Below are positions 8,140 through 15,976 of a stretch of 64,000 nucleotides of DNA, piece after piece. The translations under genes and the position numbers were made by a program. The notes below the pieces were generated by a model. The model was not told the origin of the DNA. It ran no database searches and saw only the letters and a list, made by a program, of their open reading frames with translations. Each line of letters begins with the position of its first letter. The stretch's first letter is position 1. Source of the stretch: Candidatus Limnocylindria bacterium (lineage in GTDB: Bacteria; Chloroflexota; Limnocylindria; QHBO01); assembly GCA_035759945.1 (NCBI GenBank), contig DASTTX010000102.1, positions 2,027 through 66,026 on the forward strand, written 5' to 3'.

Positions 8140-9338
8140 CGGCTGCCGGCGGTTGCGAGCTCGCCGGTGCGCTCGAGCTTGCCCAGCGACTCGCCGATGC
8201 GTTCGAGCGCCGTCATCAGGTTCTCGCGCGAGTTCGCGTAGCTGAAGCGCAGGTAGCCCTCGCCGTGCTTGCCGAAGGCAGTGCCGGCCAGCCCGCACAC
8301 GCCGGCGTCGTAGAGCAGATGGTCGGCGACCTCGGCACTCGAGCGGCCGAAGCTCGACACGTTGGGGAAGGTGTAGAACGCGCCGTGCGGCAGGACGCAC
8401 GTCACGCCGGGGATGGCGTTCAGCCCGTCGACCATGATCTGGCGGCGCGCGATGAACTCCTCGCGCATCTCGTTGGCCGCATCCTGCGGCCCGTTCAGCG
8501 CCTCGATCGCACCGGCCTGCGCGAACGCGTTCGTGCAGGACACGCTGTTGATGATCAGGCGGCTGAACGACGGCACCAGCCACTCCGGCAGGACGCCGTA
8601 GCCCAGGCGCCAGCCCGTCATCGCGAAGGTCTTGCTGAAGCCGTCGAGCGTGATCGTGCGATCCGCCATGCCCGGCAGCGTCGCGATCGACAGCAGCTCG
8701 CCCTCGTACTGGAGGCGGCCGTAGATCTCATCGGCCAGGACGACCAGGTCGTGCTCGATCGCAAGCTCCGCGAGACGCCGGATGTCGGCATCGGTCAGGA
8801 CCGATCCGGTCGGGTTGTGCGGCGTGTTGAAGACGAGCATCTTCGTGCGCGGCGTGATGAGGCTGGCGACCTCGTCCAGGTCGAGGCGGAAGTCGTTCTC
8901 CTCGCGCAGCGGAGCGGCGACGGCGGTGCCGCCGACATAGCGAGCCATCGACTCGTAGATCGGAAAGCCCGGATTGGGGTAGATGACCTCGTCGCCGTCG
9001 TCGATCAGCGCGAGCATGGCGTAGAACATGATGGGCTTGGCGCCCGGGGTGACCACGACCTGCTCGGGCGTGGTGGCGATCCCCTTCCAGCGCGCGACGT
9101 CGGCCACGATCGCCTCACGCAGCGGAAGGATGCCGGTCGCCGCGGTGTAGTGGGTCGCGCTCTCCTCGAGCAGCGCGTGCGACGCCGCCTCGGACACGTT
9201 GCGCGGGGTGTCGAAGTCCGGCTCACCGATCTCGAGATGGATGACGTCGCGGCCGGTTGCCTCGAGTGCGCGGGCGCGCGCTGCGGCCTCGAAGGCGGTC
9301 TCGGTGCCGATCCGCTCCATGCGGGTGGCCAGTTTCAC
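8136..9338 (-). CDS. Class I/II pyridoxal-phosphate aminotransferase (aspartate aminotransferase-like)
   Basis: Motifs IHLEIGEPDFDTP, NPGFPIY, NTPHNPTG and the Schiff-base region SFSKTFAMTGWRLGY. The start is either the GTG at about 9338 or the ATG at about 9320; the ORF track's upstream extension is unlikely to be real. Confidence 0.8.
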   Translation of the reverse strand: MKLATRMERIGTETAFEAAARARALEATGRDVIHLEIGEPDFDTPRNVSEAASHALLEESATHYTAATGILPLREAIVADVARWKGIATTPEQVVVTPGAKPIMFYAMLALIDDGDEVIYPNPGFPIYESMARYVGGTAVAAPLREENDFRLDLDEVASLITPRTKMLVFNTPHNPTGSVLTDADIRRLAELAIEHDLVVLADEIYGRLQYEGELLSIATLPGMADRTITLDGFSKTFAMTGWRLGYGVLPEWLVPSFSRLIINSVSCTNAFAQAGAIEALNGPQDAANEMREEFIARRQIMVDGLNAIPGVTCVLPHGAFYTFPNVSSFGRSSAEVADHLLYDAGVCGLAGTAFGKHGEGYLRFSYANSRENLMTALERIGESLGKLERTGELATAGSR

Positions 9339-9505
9339 AGTCAGGGTGCCTCGTGCGGATGGATCGCCACGCTCGGGGCTCCTAGTGTACCGATGCCGCC
9401 GCCAAACGTTCCCTTGCCGCATCGGACAGCGCGCTTGCTATACTTTCCAGAGCGAAACCCAGCACCCGATGCGCACGTGCGCCTCAATCAGGAGACCGAT
9501 ACGCA

Positions 9506-9931
9506 ATGACGATGTCCGAGACTCCTCGCGAGCCAATCTCGATGATCGGCGGTGCGCCGACTGGCGGGCTGCTCGTGTCGGTCACCGAAGCCGCCGCGAA
9601 GAAGGTGCTCGAGCTGCGATCCCGCGAGGGCAAGGCCGATGCGAACCTCCGCCTCTTCGTGAAGAGCGGCGGCTGCAGCGGCTTCAGCTATGGCCTCGCC
9701 TTCGACGACAAGATTAACGACGGCGACAAGCTCGAGGACCATGCCGGCGTGCCGGTCGTCATCGACCAGTTCAGCCAGCAGTACGTCGACGGGGCCGAGA
9801 TCGACTACGTCGACTCGCTCATGGGCTCCGGCTTCGCGATCAACAACCCGAACGCGGTCAGCAGCTGCGCCTGCGGCTCGTCGTTCAACACCGATGGCTC
9901 TCCGTCCAAGGCGGGCGGTTGCGCCCACTGA
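9506..9931 (+). CDS. Iron-sulfur cluster insertion protein (HesB/IscA/ErpA family)
   Basis: Conserved CSGFSY...SCACGSSF cysteine motifs. 141 aa. Confidence 0.85.
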   Translation: MTMSETPREPISMIGGAPTGGLLVSVTEAAAKKVLELRSREGKADANLRLFVKSGGCSGFSYGLAFDDKINDGDKLEDHAGVPVVIDQFSQQYVDGAEIDYVDSLMGSGFAINNPNAVSSCACGSSFNTDGSPSKAGGCAH

Positions 9932-9950
9932 CCTTCGCGCCTCCCCGATC

Positions 9951-9985
9951 GAAGCCCCGGCCACGCGCCGGGGCTTCTTCGTGTC
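9951..9985 (+). terminator. Rho-independent terminator-like hairpin after the IscA-family gene
   Basis: GAAGCCCCGG-ccacgcg-CCGGGGCTTC perfect 10-bp stem followed by TTCGTG. Confidence 0.5.
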
Positions 9986-10010
9986 CGCGCCGTGCGGGTA
10001 ACATGCTTCC

Positions 10011-10733
10011 GTGAGTAGCACGTTTCCGACGCCGGCGGCCAGCCCGGCCGAAGAGCTGCGTCGGTCGTTCGCGGTGGCCTGGGGTGCCATCGGCGCAGCC
10101 TGGGGCGTTGCCCCATCCACCGCCACGGTGCAGGGCTACCTGCTCGTGTCCGAGGGGCCGCTCACCGAGCCTGAGGTGCGCCGCGCACTCGGCATGAGTC
10201 ACCGCGCGGCGAGCATGGCGCTGGCGCAATGCGAGGAATGGGGCCTGATCGAGCGCGCCGAGGGTCCTCGCCGCTCCGGGCAGCGCGGCCCGGCGGCGGT
10301 CGCCTGGAGCGTGGTCGATGACCACTGGGAGTGGTTCCGCCGCGTCGCATCGGCGCGAAAAGAGCGTGAGACGGATCCGGTCCTTCCGGTGATCGCCGAG
10401 TGCGTGGACAAGGCGCGCGCGGTGAGCGGCGACGCCGACCTGGCACGCCTTGGCGACCGCTTCGAGGGATTGCTCGACTTCGTGCGGCGCTTCGACCGCG
10501 GCGTGGCGACCTTCGTGCGCGGCGACCCGCGCGCCATCGAGGGCGTCTTCGCCGCCCTGGATCGACTCGACCCCGAGACGGTGGACCGCCTGTGGGCGCT
10601 CGTCGGCGATCTCGGTCCGGACGACATGGTTCGCGCGCTCGAGTCGCTCGCGAAGCTGCCGCCTGCTGCGGCTCGACGGCTCATCGCGCTGGCCGATCAG
10701 CCGGTGCTTCAGCGGCTCATCGGCATCCGCTAG
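10011..10733 (+). CDS. GbsR/MarR-family winged-helix transcriptional regulator
   Basis: N-terminal pattern AWGAIGAAWGV..STATVQGYLLVSEGPLTEPEVRRALGMSHRAASMALAQCEEWGLIER is typical of GbsR-type MarR regulators. Confidence 0.6.
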   Translation: MSSTFPTPAASPAEELRRSFAVAWGAIGAAWGVAPSTATVQGYLLVSEGPLTEPEVRRALGMSHRAASMALAQCEEWGLIERAEGPRRSGQRGPAAVAWSVVDDHWEWFRRVASARKERETDPVLPVIAECVDKARAVSGDADLARLGDRFEGLLDFVRRFDRGVATFVRGDPRAIEGVFAALDRLDPETVDRLWALVGDLGPDDMVRALESLAKLPPAAARRLIALADQPVLQRLIGIR

Positions 10734-10755
10734 GGATTACAGCCAAGAGCCAGAC

Positions 10756-12204
10756 CTACTCGCCGGAGCCGTCGTCCTCGAAGACCGATGCCCCGGCGCG
10801 GACAGCCGCCGCCGACCGACCGCCAAGCGCCTCGGGCAGCGGCCTGGGAACCGGGACCGGGGCGACGTATCGCTCGACCAGCTCGCGGGTGCCAGCGATC
10901 CCGAGCTCGTCGAACAGCAGGTCGAACTTGGCGCGCAGGTTGGCCGCGATCTCCTCGGCCGCATCGGCCGGAAGCGTCCAAAGCTGCCGCTTGAAGGGGC
11001 CGAGTGCCTTCTTGCGCGTCTTGTACAGGAACTGTTCGTCGGTCTCGCCGTCCTTGCGCTCGTCAGCCAGGTTGGTTCGGCACCAGTCCATCATTTCTTG
11101 GCGCAAGTCATCGGGCAGGCCGCCGTCGTCGTACAGGATGTTCTGGAAGCCGGTCGCCAGGTGGATCTCGGCCGTGCCGTTGGTCGGGAAGTTGTCGAAG
11201 GCGTCGTCCGGGAGGGTGGATGCCCCGTGCTGCACGCAGCCGGCCATCCCGTACGACTCGCGCGCGACGGCCGACAGGCGGCGCAGCGTGTCGAAGTCGA
11301 TGTTCACCTCGGCCATCGACCCATCCGCCAGCGGCACGCCGCCGTGGCTCGTGCCGGTCTGGACGCTGACCTTGCTGATCGGCTCGGCCGTGCCGCACAG
11401 CACCAGGTAGGCGTCGAGGTACGCGCGCAGCTCCTCCTCAGTGGAGTTCTCCTTGCCAACCTCGCCGATCTCGCCGCCGACGCTGATCGTCACGCCGGCC
11501 GGCTGCAGCGAGCGGATCAGACGGGTGAGCTCCGCGGTGTTGTCGGCGTTCACCTGCTGCTGCTCGGCCACCGTCGGCAGGGAGAGGTCCACCAGCGTCG
11601 AGGAGTCGATGTCGATGTTCAGGAACCCGGCGGCGATCGCCTCACGCGTCAGGTCGCGCAGGCCCTCGAGCTCATCCTCGGGATTCGACGCCCACTTCGT
11701 GGCGTTGAACTGGAAGTGATCACCCTGCAGGAACACCGGCGTCCGCCACCCCTCGCGCAGCGCGGCGCCCAGGATGACCGCCGCGTACTCGGCCGGACGC
11801 TGGTCGGTGTAGGCCATCTCGCTCTTGGCGATCTCGAAGATGACCGTGCCCGCGTCGCGCGCCATGGCGGCCGCGAACGCCTGCCGCGCGGTGAGGTACG
11901 TCGACGCACGCACGTTGATGGCGGGGACGGTGAATTTCGTCACGTCGAACTCGCCGCGGCCCCGGGCGCGATACAGGTCGTGGATCGACGCGGAGGAGCA
12001 GCCGAGCGCCTGGGATGCGCTCCAGATCACCCAGCGAGCGGCGTCACGCGTTCCCGCATCGGCGTTGAAGACCGCCTCGAAGACGAGCTCGTCCATCAGC
12101 TCGCCGCGCAGCGCCACCTCGTCGTGAACGTCGAGGCCAGCGTCGGTGATGGTCGCGATGCCATCGAGACGGGCGCGCAGATCGGTCGAGGTGGCGATGC
12201 TCAT
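10756..12204 (-). CDS. Class II (metal-dependent) aldolase family protein, long form (fructose/ketose-bisphosphate aldolase-like)
   Basis: Likely start MSIATSTDL (ATG at about 12204). TIM-barrel class II aldolase-like motifs (FLQGDHF, VGGEIGEVG, QTGTSHGG, HGAST). At about 483 aa it is longer than canonical FbaA. Confidence 0.55.
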   Translation of the reverse strand: MSIATSTDLRARLDGIATITDAGLDVHDEVALRGELMDELVFEAVFNADAGTRDAARWVIWSASQALGCSSASIHDLYRARGRGEFDVTKFTVPAINVRASTYLTARQAFAAAMARDAGTVIFEIAKSEMAYTDQRPAEYAAVILGAALREGWRTPVFLQGDHFQFNATKWASNPEDELEGLRDLTREAIAAGFLNIDIDSSTLVDLSLPTVAEQQQVNADNTAELTRLIRSLQPAGVTISVGGEIGEVGKENSTEEELRAYLDAYLVLCGTAEPISKVSVQTGTSHGGVPLADGSMAEVNIDFDTLRRLSAVARESYGMAGCVQHGASTLPDDAFDNFPTNGTAEIHLATGFQNILYDDGGLPDDLRQEMMDWCRTNLADERKDGETDEQFLYKTRKKALGPFKRQLWTLPADAAEEIAANLRAKFDLLFDELGIAGTRELVERYVAPVPVPRPLPEALGGRSAAAVRAGASVFEDDGSGE

Positions 12205-12214
12205 GCGCTCAATG

Positions 12215-12430
12215 CTAGCGAAGGCCGGAGACGAGGGTGAATGCGAGGAGCGGAGCAATCAGCATGCCCAGGGCAGCGGCCAGCAGGTACCAGTCGCGCG
12301 CCGCGCGTTCGTCAGCCACGCCACGCTCGAACAGGCCAAGGGTCCACCAGCGCACGGCGGACAGCCCGATGACGTACAAGACCGCGGCAACCGCCACCAC
12401 GCCGATGACGAACGGCCGCACCGCCACGCA
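12215..12430 (-). CDS. Hypothetical small membrane protein, or the frameshifted C-terminal continuation of the upstream membrane protein gene
   Basis: The C-terminal ~70-110 aa of the 272 aa ORF is strongly hydrophobic (VIGVVAVAAVLYVIGLSAVRWW...LLAAALGMLIAPLLAFTLV), whereas its upstream part looks like GC-driven noise. The only start candidates are internal GTG codons. Confidence 0.25.
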   Translation of the reverse strand, partial: CVAVRPFVIGVVAVAAVLYVIGLSAVRWWTLGLFERGVADERAARDWYLLAAALGMLIAPLLAFTLVSGLR

Positions 12431-12549
12431 GTCGCCGAAGGCGAGCGGTCCGCCACCCGGGCACGAGGCCGCGAGCTCGAAGCCGATGACGGTGGCGGCG
12501 ACCGCGAGGACGAGGGCCGACCAGGCGACGTGCGCCAGGAGCGAGCGAG

Positions 12550-13137
12550 TCAGCGGGCGGCGAGCTCCGAGCTGCGCGCGGCGGCCTCGGCGGCCTCGCG
12601 CCGGGTGATGCGACGGAACTCGAAGTAGAGGTAGACGCAGGCCGCGGCGCCGATCCCTGCCGCAATCATGCCGAAGGCCACCGACGTGAGGGTGATGCGG
12701 AGCGGCCAGAAGGACCCGCCGGCGAGATTGAACGCCATGATCGGGATGATCAGGAGCACGGTGAGCAGGTAGTTGAGCATGACGAAGATGCGCACCGCCG
12801 CCCAGCCGAAGCCACGCCGGCCGCGGGCGGCCTGGACCACCAGCGCCAGCACGATGATGGCGGTGAAGGTCCCCATCCCCGCGCCGTTGGCGATGAGGAA
12901 GCCGACGTCCTCGCTGAAGCGCAGGAACGGCAGCTCCACCGTGACGAGGTAGTAGATGTAGTTCGACACGTAGAACAGCACGAAGTACATGAACAGGAAC
13001 AGCGGCACCGCCTTGAGCACCGCCACGAGCCACGTCTCGTGGCCGAACAGGAACCAGCTCATGAAGTCGTCCGACCAGCTGAGCAGGCGCGTGAACCCGC
13101 CGCGCCGCCGATAGACCGGATACGTCGTGGTGCTCAA
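12550..13137 (-). CDS. Polytopic membrane protein, the last gene of the bc-complex operon
   Basis: 195 aa with 4-5 predicted TM helices. Its TTG start overlaps the cytochrome c stop (TTGA). Function unknown. Confidence 0.45.
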   Translation of the reverse strand: MSTTTYPVYRRRGGFTRLLSWSDDFMSWFLFGHETWLVAVLKAVPLFLFMYFVLFYVSNYIYYLVTVELPFLRFSEDVGFLIANGAGMGTFTAIIVLALVVQAARGRRGFGWAAVRIFVMLNYLLTVLLIIPIMAFNLAGGSFWPLRITLTSVAFGMIAAGIGAAACVYLYFEFRRITRREAAEAAARSSELAAR

Positions 13138-13925
13138 TGGTCGCCCTCCAGCAGGAAGGTGATCAGGGCCTGGAGCGCCGACTCGCTCAGGCTGCTCTCG
13201 GGGTGGGCCGGCATGCCGGACGCGCCGTAGTTGCCGGCCGAGTCACGAATCCACTGCTCCAGGAAGGCGCGCGGATCGGCGTCGTAGTCGGTCTCCATCT
13301 GATCGGCGCCGGTCGGGGTGGCGAAGCCGCTGAGGTCGACCAGGCCCGAGCCGATGCCGGTGATGTTGGGTCCGGCCGTGGTTCCCGACAGGTCCTCGGC
13401 ATGGCAGGTGACGCATCCGGCGGACGCGAACACATCGGCACCTGCCTCAACCGTGTTCTCGACCTCCTCCACCGGCTGCTCGCCGGCCTCCGCAGCCCAG
13501 CTTTCGACCAGCGCCACGACCGCGTCGATCTGCTGCTCGTTGAGGGGCCCACCGACCTCCGAGCTCCAGGCCGGCATCGGCGAGTTGACGTTGCCGGACA
13601 CCACCACGCCGCCGTAGCTGACGGCCAGGTGCACGTAGTTCGGATTCACCTTGAGCTTGTCGAAGATGCTGCGGCTGTGGAGGTTCGGCCCGACCACCTG
13701 CGCCCCGGGCTCGCCACCGGTGCCATCGGCGCCGTGGCATCGCGCGCAGCCCACCGAAGCCGGCTCTGCAGGGTTGTCGGAGAAGATGACCTCGCCGAAC
13801 TCGAGCAGCTCGTCCTCCTGCGCGACGGCGACCGATTCACGACGGCTGTCATCGGTCACCCAGTAGAGCATGGTGAAGGCGGCGAGGGCCGTGATCAGCA
13901 CGACGCCGAGCGTCTTGAGTCGCAT
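13134..13925 (-). CDS. Diheme c-type cytochrome subunit of the bc complex
   Basis: N-terminal TM anchor and two CxxCH haem-binding motifs (CARCH and CVTCH). Confidence 0.85.
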   Translation of the reverse strand: MRLKTLGVVLITALAAFTMLYWVTDDSRRESVAVAQEDELLEFGEVIFSDNPAEPASVGCARCHGADGTGGEPGAQVVGPNLHSRSIFDKLKVNPNYVHLAVSYGGVVVSGNVNSPMPAWSSEVGGPLNEQQIDAVVALVESWAAEAGEQPVEEVENTVEAGADVFASAGCVTCHAEDLSGTTAGPNITGIGSGLVDLSGFATPTGADQMETDYDADPRAFLEQWIRDSAGNYGASGMPAHPESSLSESALQALITFLLEGDH

Positions 13926-13928
13926 CGC

Positions 13929-14609
13929 CTAGCCGACGCAGTGCTCGGTGATGTCGCTGGCGGTCCGCTTGTCGAATGTCACCACCGTCGGCGGCGGGCC
14001 GCTGATCACCTGGCGCGTGTCGATGATGTAGACGCCGTTCTCGACGAGCACCTCGAAGCGGTCCATGCCGCGCGGCGCCGGGCCATCCCGCTTCTCGCCG
14101 ATGACCGTGTACTTCGAGCCGTGGCACAGGCACTCGAACCACTCGCTCTTGTCGCACAGCTGCGGCACCTGGCAGCCCAGGTGCGGGCACTTGCGCCACA
14201 GCGCCATGACCGAGCGATCCTCGGGCGGGATGTCCGGGTCGACGTCGGCGCCCGGATCCGGCACCGGCAGGGTCACGTCCGACGTCACCTCGCCATTGGA
14301 GTTGCCGGCCACGCGCGCCTTGGCGGCAGGCACGTTGACGAAGAACAGGTTCGCCTGGTTGTAGACGAACGGCAGCCCGTTCTGCCAATCGGGCGCCAGG
14401 TTATTGATGTCGTCGGCGCTCCCCAGCGTGATCTGCGATCCGAGACCCTCGGTCAGGTTCGGCCACAGGAAGGCGAGTGTGCCGCCCAGGAACTCGAGCG
14501 AGAGGAGGCCGACGCCCACGCCCAGCACGCGGCGCATGAAGCTGCGTCGGGTGATCTCGCCGGTGGGCGGCCCGTGGACCGCACCGTAGGAAGCGTGCTG
14601 CTGTGTCAT
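13929..14609 (-). CDS. Rieske [2Fe-2S] iron-sulfur subunit of the cytochrome bc complex (QcrA/PetC-like)
   Basis: Start MTQQHA (ATG at 14609, ATGA overlap with subunit IV). Tat motif RRSFMRRVLGVGVG. Rieske boxes CPHLGC...CLCHGS. Confidence 0.85.
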   Translation of the reverse strand: MTQQHASYGAVHGPPTGEITRRSFMRRVLGVGVGLLSLEFLGGTLAFLWPNLTEGLGSQITLGSADDINNLAPDWQNGLPFVYNQANLFFVNVPAAKARVAGNSNGEVTSDVTLPVPDPGADVDPDIPPEDRSVMALWRKCPHLGCQVPQLCDKSEWFECLCHGSKYTVIGEKRDGPAPRGMDRFEVLVENGVYIIDTRQVISGPPPTVVTFDKRTASDITEHCVG

Positions 14610-15223
14610 AGGTTGAAGTACAGCCCATCCCACGGCCAGACCCAGTTCCAGCCCGGGCCGCGGAAGAAGGAGCCGATGAAGGTCACGATCAGGCCGCCGA
14701 CCATGATGCACAGGAAGAAGATCCAGATCATCTTCCGGTCACGCACGGCCTTGTAGGGCGTTCGGTCGACGTACGGGATGATGAGCAGGCCGCCGAGATA
14801 CACCGGGATGATCAGCACGCCGGCCACGGTCGGGTTGAAGTAGCTGAGCAGCTCCTGGAGGCCGAGGAAGTACCACGGCGCCTTCGCCACGTGCGGCGTG
14901 ACGGACGGGTTGGCCATCTCCTCCAGCGGCGCGGTGATGAAGACACTCGTCACCACCAGCAGCGCGGTGATGAGCATGGCCATCAGGAACTCGGCGCGCA
15001 GCAGGTGCGGCCAGGTCAGAACCGTCTCGTCGGGGCGCTTGTCGACACGGACCATCGACTCCTGCTTGACGTAGGCCAGGAGGCGGAAGCGCTCGGTTCC
15101 CGGCACGCCGGGCGGTCCGGGAAGCTTGGGTCCGACGCCGGGCGCAACGATCGGCGCGCGCTCGGGCGCCTGGGTCGGGACGTTCTTGTCGGCGGTGGCG
15201 TTCGGTCGCTTCTCGATCGTCAT
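14606..15223 (-). CDS. Cytochrome b6c complex subunit IV (C-terminal half of a split cytochrome b)
   Basis: PEWY-like APWYFLGLQELL motif and 3 TM helices. Lies immediately downstream of the b6-like gene. Confidence 0.8.
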   Translation of the reverse strand: MTIEKRPNATADKNVPTQAPERAPIVAPGVGPKLPGPPGVPGTERFRLLAYVKQESMVRVDKRPDETVLTWPHLLRAEFLMAMLITALLVVTSVFITAPLEEMANPSVTPHVAKAPWYFLGLQELLSYFNPTVAGVLIIPVYLGGLLIIPYVDRTPYKAVRDRKMIWIFFLCIMVGGLIVTFIGSFFRGPGWNWVWPWDGLYFNL

Positions 15224-15238
15224 CGGTCCAGCCTCACC

Positions 15239-15976
15239 TTACACCGGGCCACTGATGCCGCCGTCCTTCCGGATCCGCCAGAAGTGGACGATCATGAAGA
15301 TGGCGGCGATGAGCGGGAAGAAGATCACGTGCGCCACGTAGAAGCGCAGCAGCGTGCCCTGGCCGACCTGGATCCCGCCCAGCATGAAGAAGGCAGACTC
15401 GTTGCTGAGCAGCGGCGCGTAGGTGGCCATCTGGGTGCCGACGGTGATGGCCCAGAACGCGATCTGGTCCCACGGCAGCAGGTAGCCGGTGAAGCTCAGC
15501 GCCAGCGTGAAGAACAGCAGCAGCACGCCGATGACCCAGTTGAACTCCCGCGGCGGCTTGTACGCGCCGTGATAGAAGACGCGGATCATGTGCAGGAAGA
15601 CGGTGAGGACCATGAGGTGCGCGCCCCAGCGGTGCATGTTGCGCACCAGCGAGCCGAACGCGACCGATGCCTCGATGGCCTGGATGTCCTGGTAGGCACG
15701 GCTGATCGACGGCACGTAGAAGAACATCAGGTACAGGCCCGTCACGGTCAGCACCAGGAACAGGAAGAAACTGATCCCGCCCAGGCAGAACGTGTAGGTG
15801 TAGCGCACGGCGTGGCGCTTGACCCGCACCGGGTGCAGGTGCAGGAACACGTTGTTCATGACCGCCAGGGCGCGGGTGCGGCTGGTGGACGGGTACGGCT
15901 GGCGGAACAGGCTGCGCCACGCGGCCGACTCCTTCACCCAGCGCACGACCGGGTTGCCGCCGTTGCCGTTGCTCAT
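15239..15976 (-). CDS. Cytochrome b6 (N-terminal haem-binding half of a split cytochrome b)
   Basis: Four-TM b-type cytochrome N-domain with conserved haem-ligand His residues in helices B and D. The ATG overlaps the stop of the upstream oxidoreductase (ATGA). Confidence 0.85.
   Translation of the reverse strand: MSNGNGGNPVVRWVKESAAWRSLFRQPYPSTSRTRALAVMNNVFLHLHPVRVKRHAVRYTYTFCLGGISFFLFLVLTVTGLYLMFFYVPSISRAYQDIQAIEASVAFGSLVRNMHRWGAHLMVLTVFLHMIRVFYHGAYKPPREFNWVIGVLLLFFTLALSFTGYLLPWDQIAFWAITVGTQMATYAPLLSNESAFFMLGGIQVGQGTLLRFYVAHVIFFPLIAAIFMIVHFWRIRKDGGISGPV

Noticed and set aside
6250-8241. 663 aa plus-strand ORF
   Set aside because: It is entirely antisense to the well-supported transketolase-family gene. 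Its composition is Arg/Gly/Ala-rich with no motifs, as expected for GC-driven spurious ORFs.
10450-12240. 596 aa plus-strand ORF
   Set aside because: Antisense to the aldolase-family gene. No recognisable domains.
13137-14756. 539 aa plus-strand ORF
   Set aside because: Antisense to the cytochrome c and Rieske genes, which carry unambiguous CxxCH and Rieske motifs.
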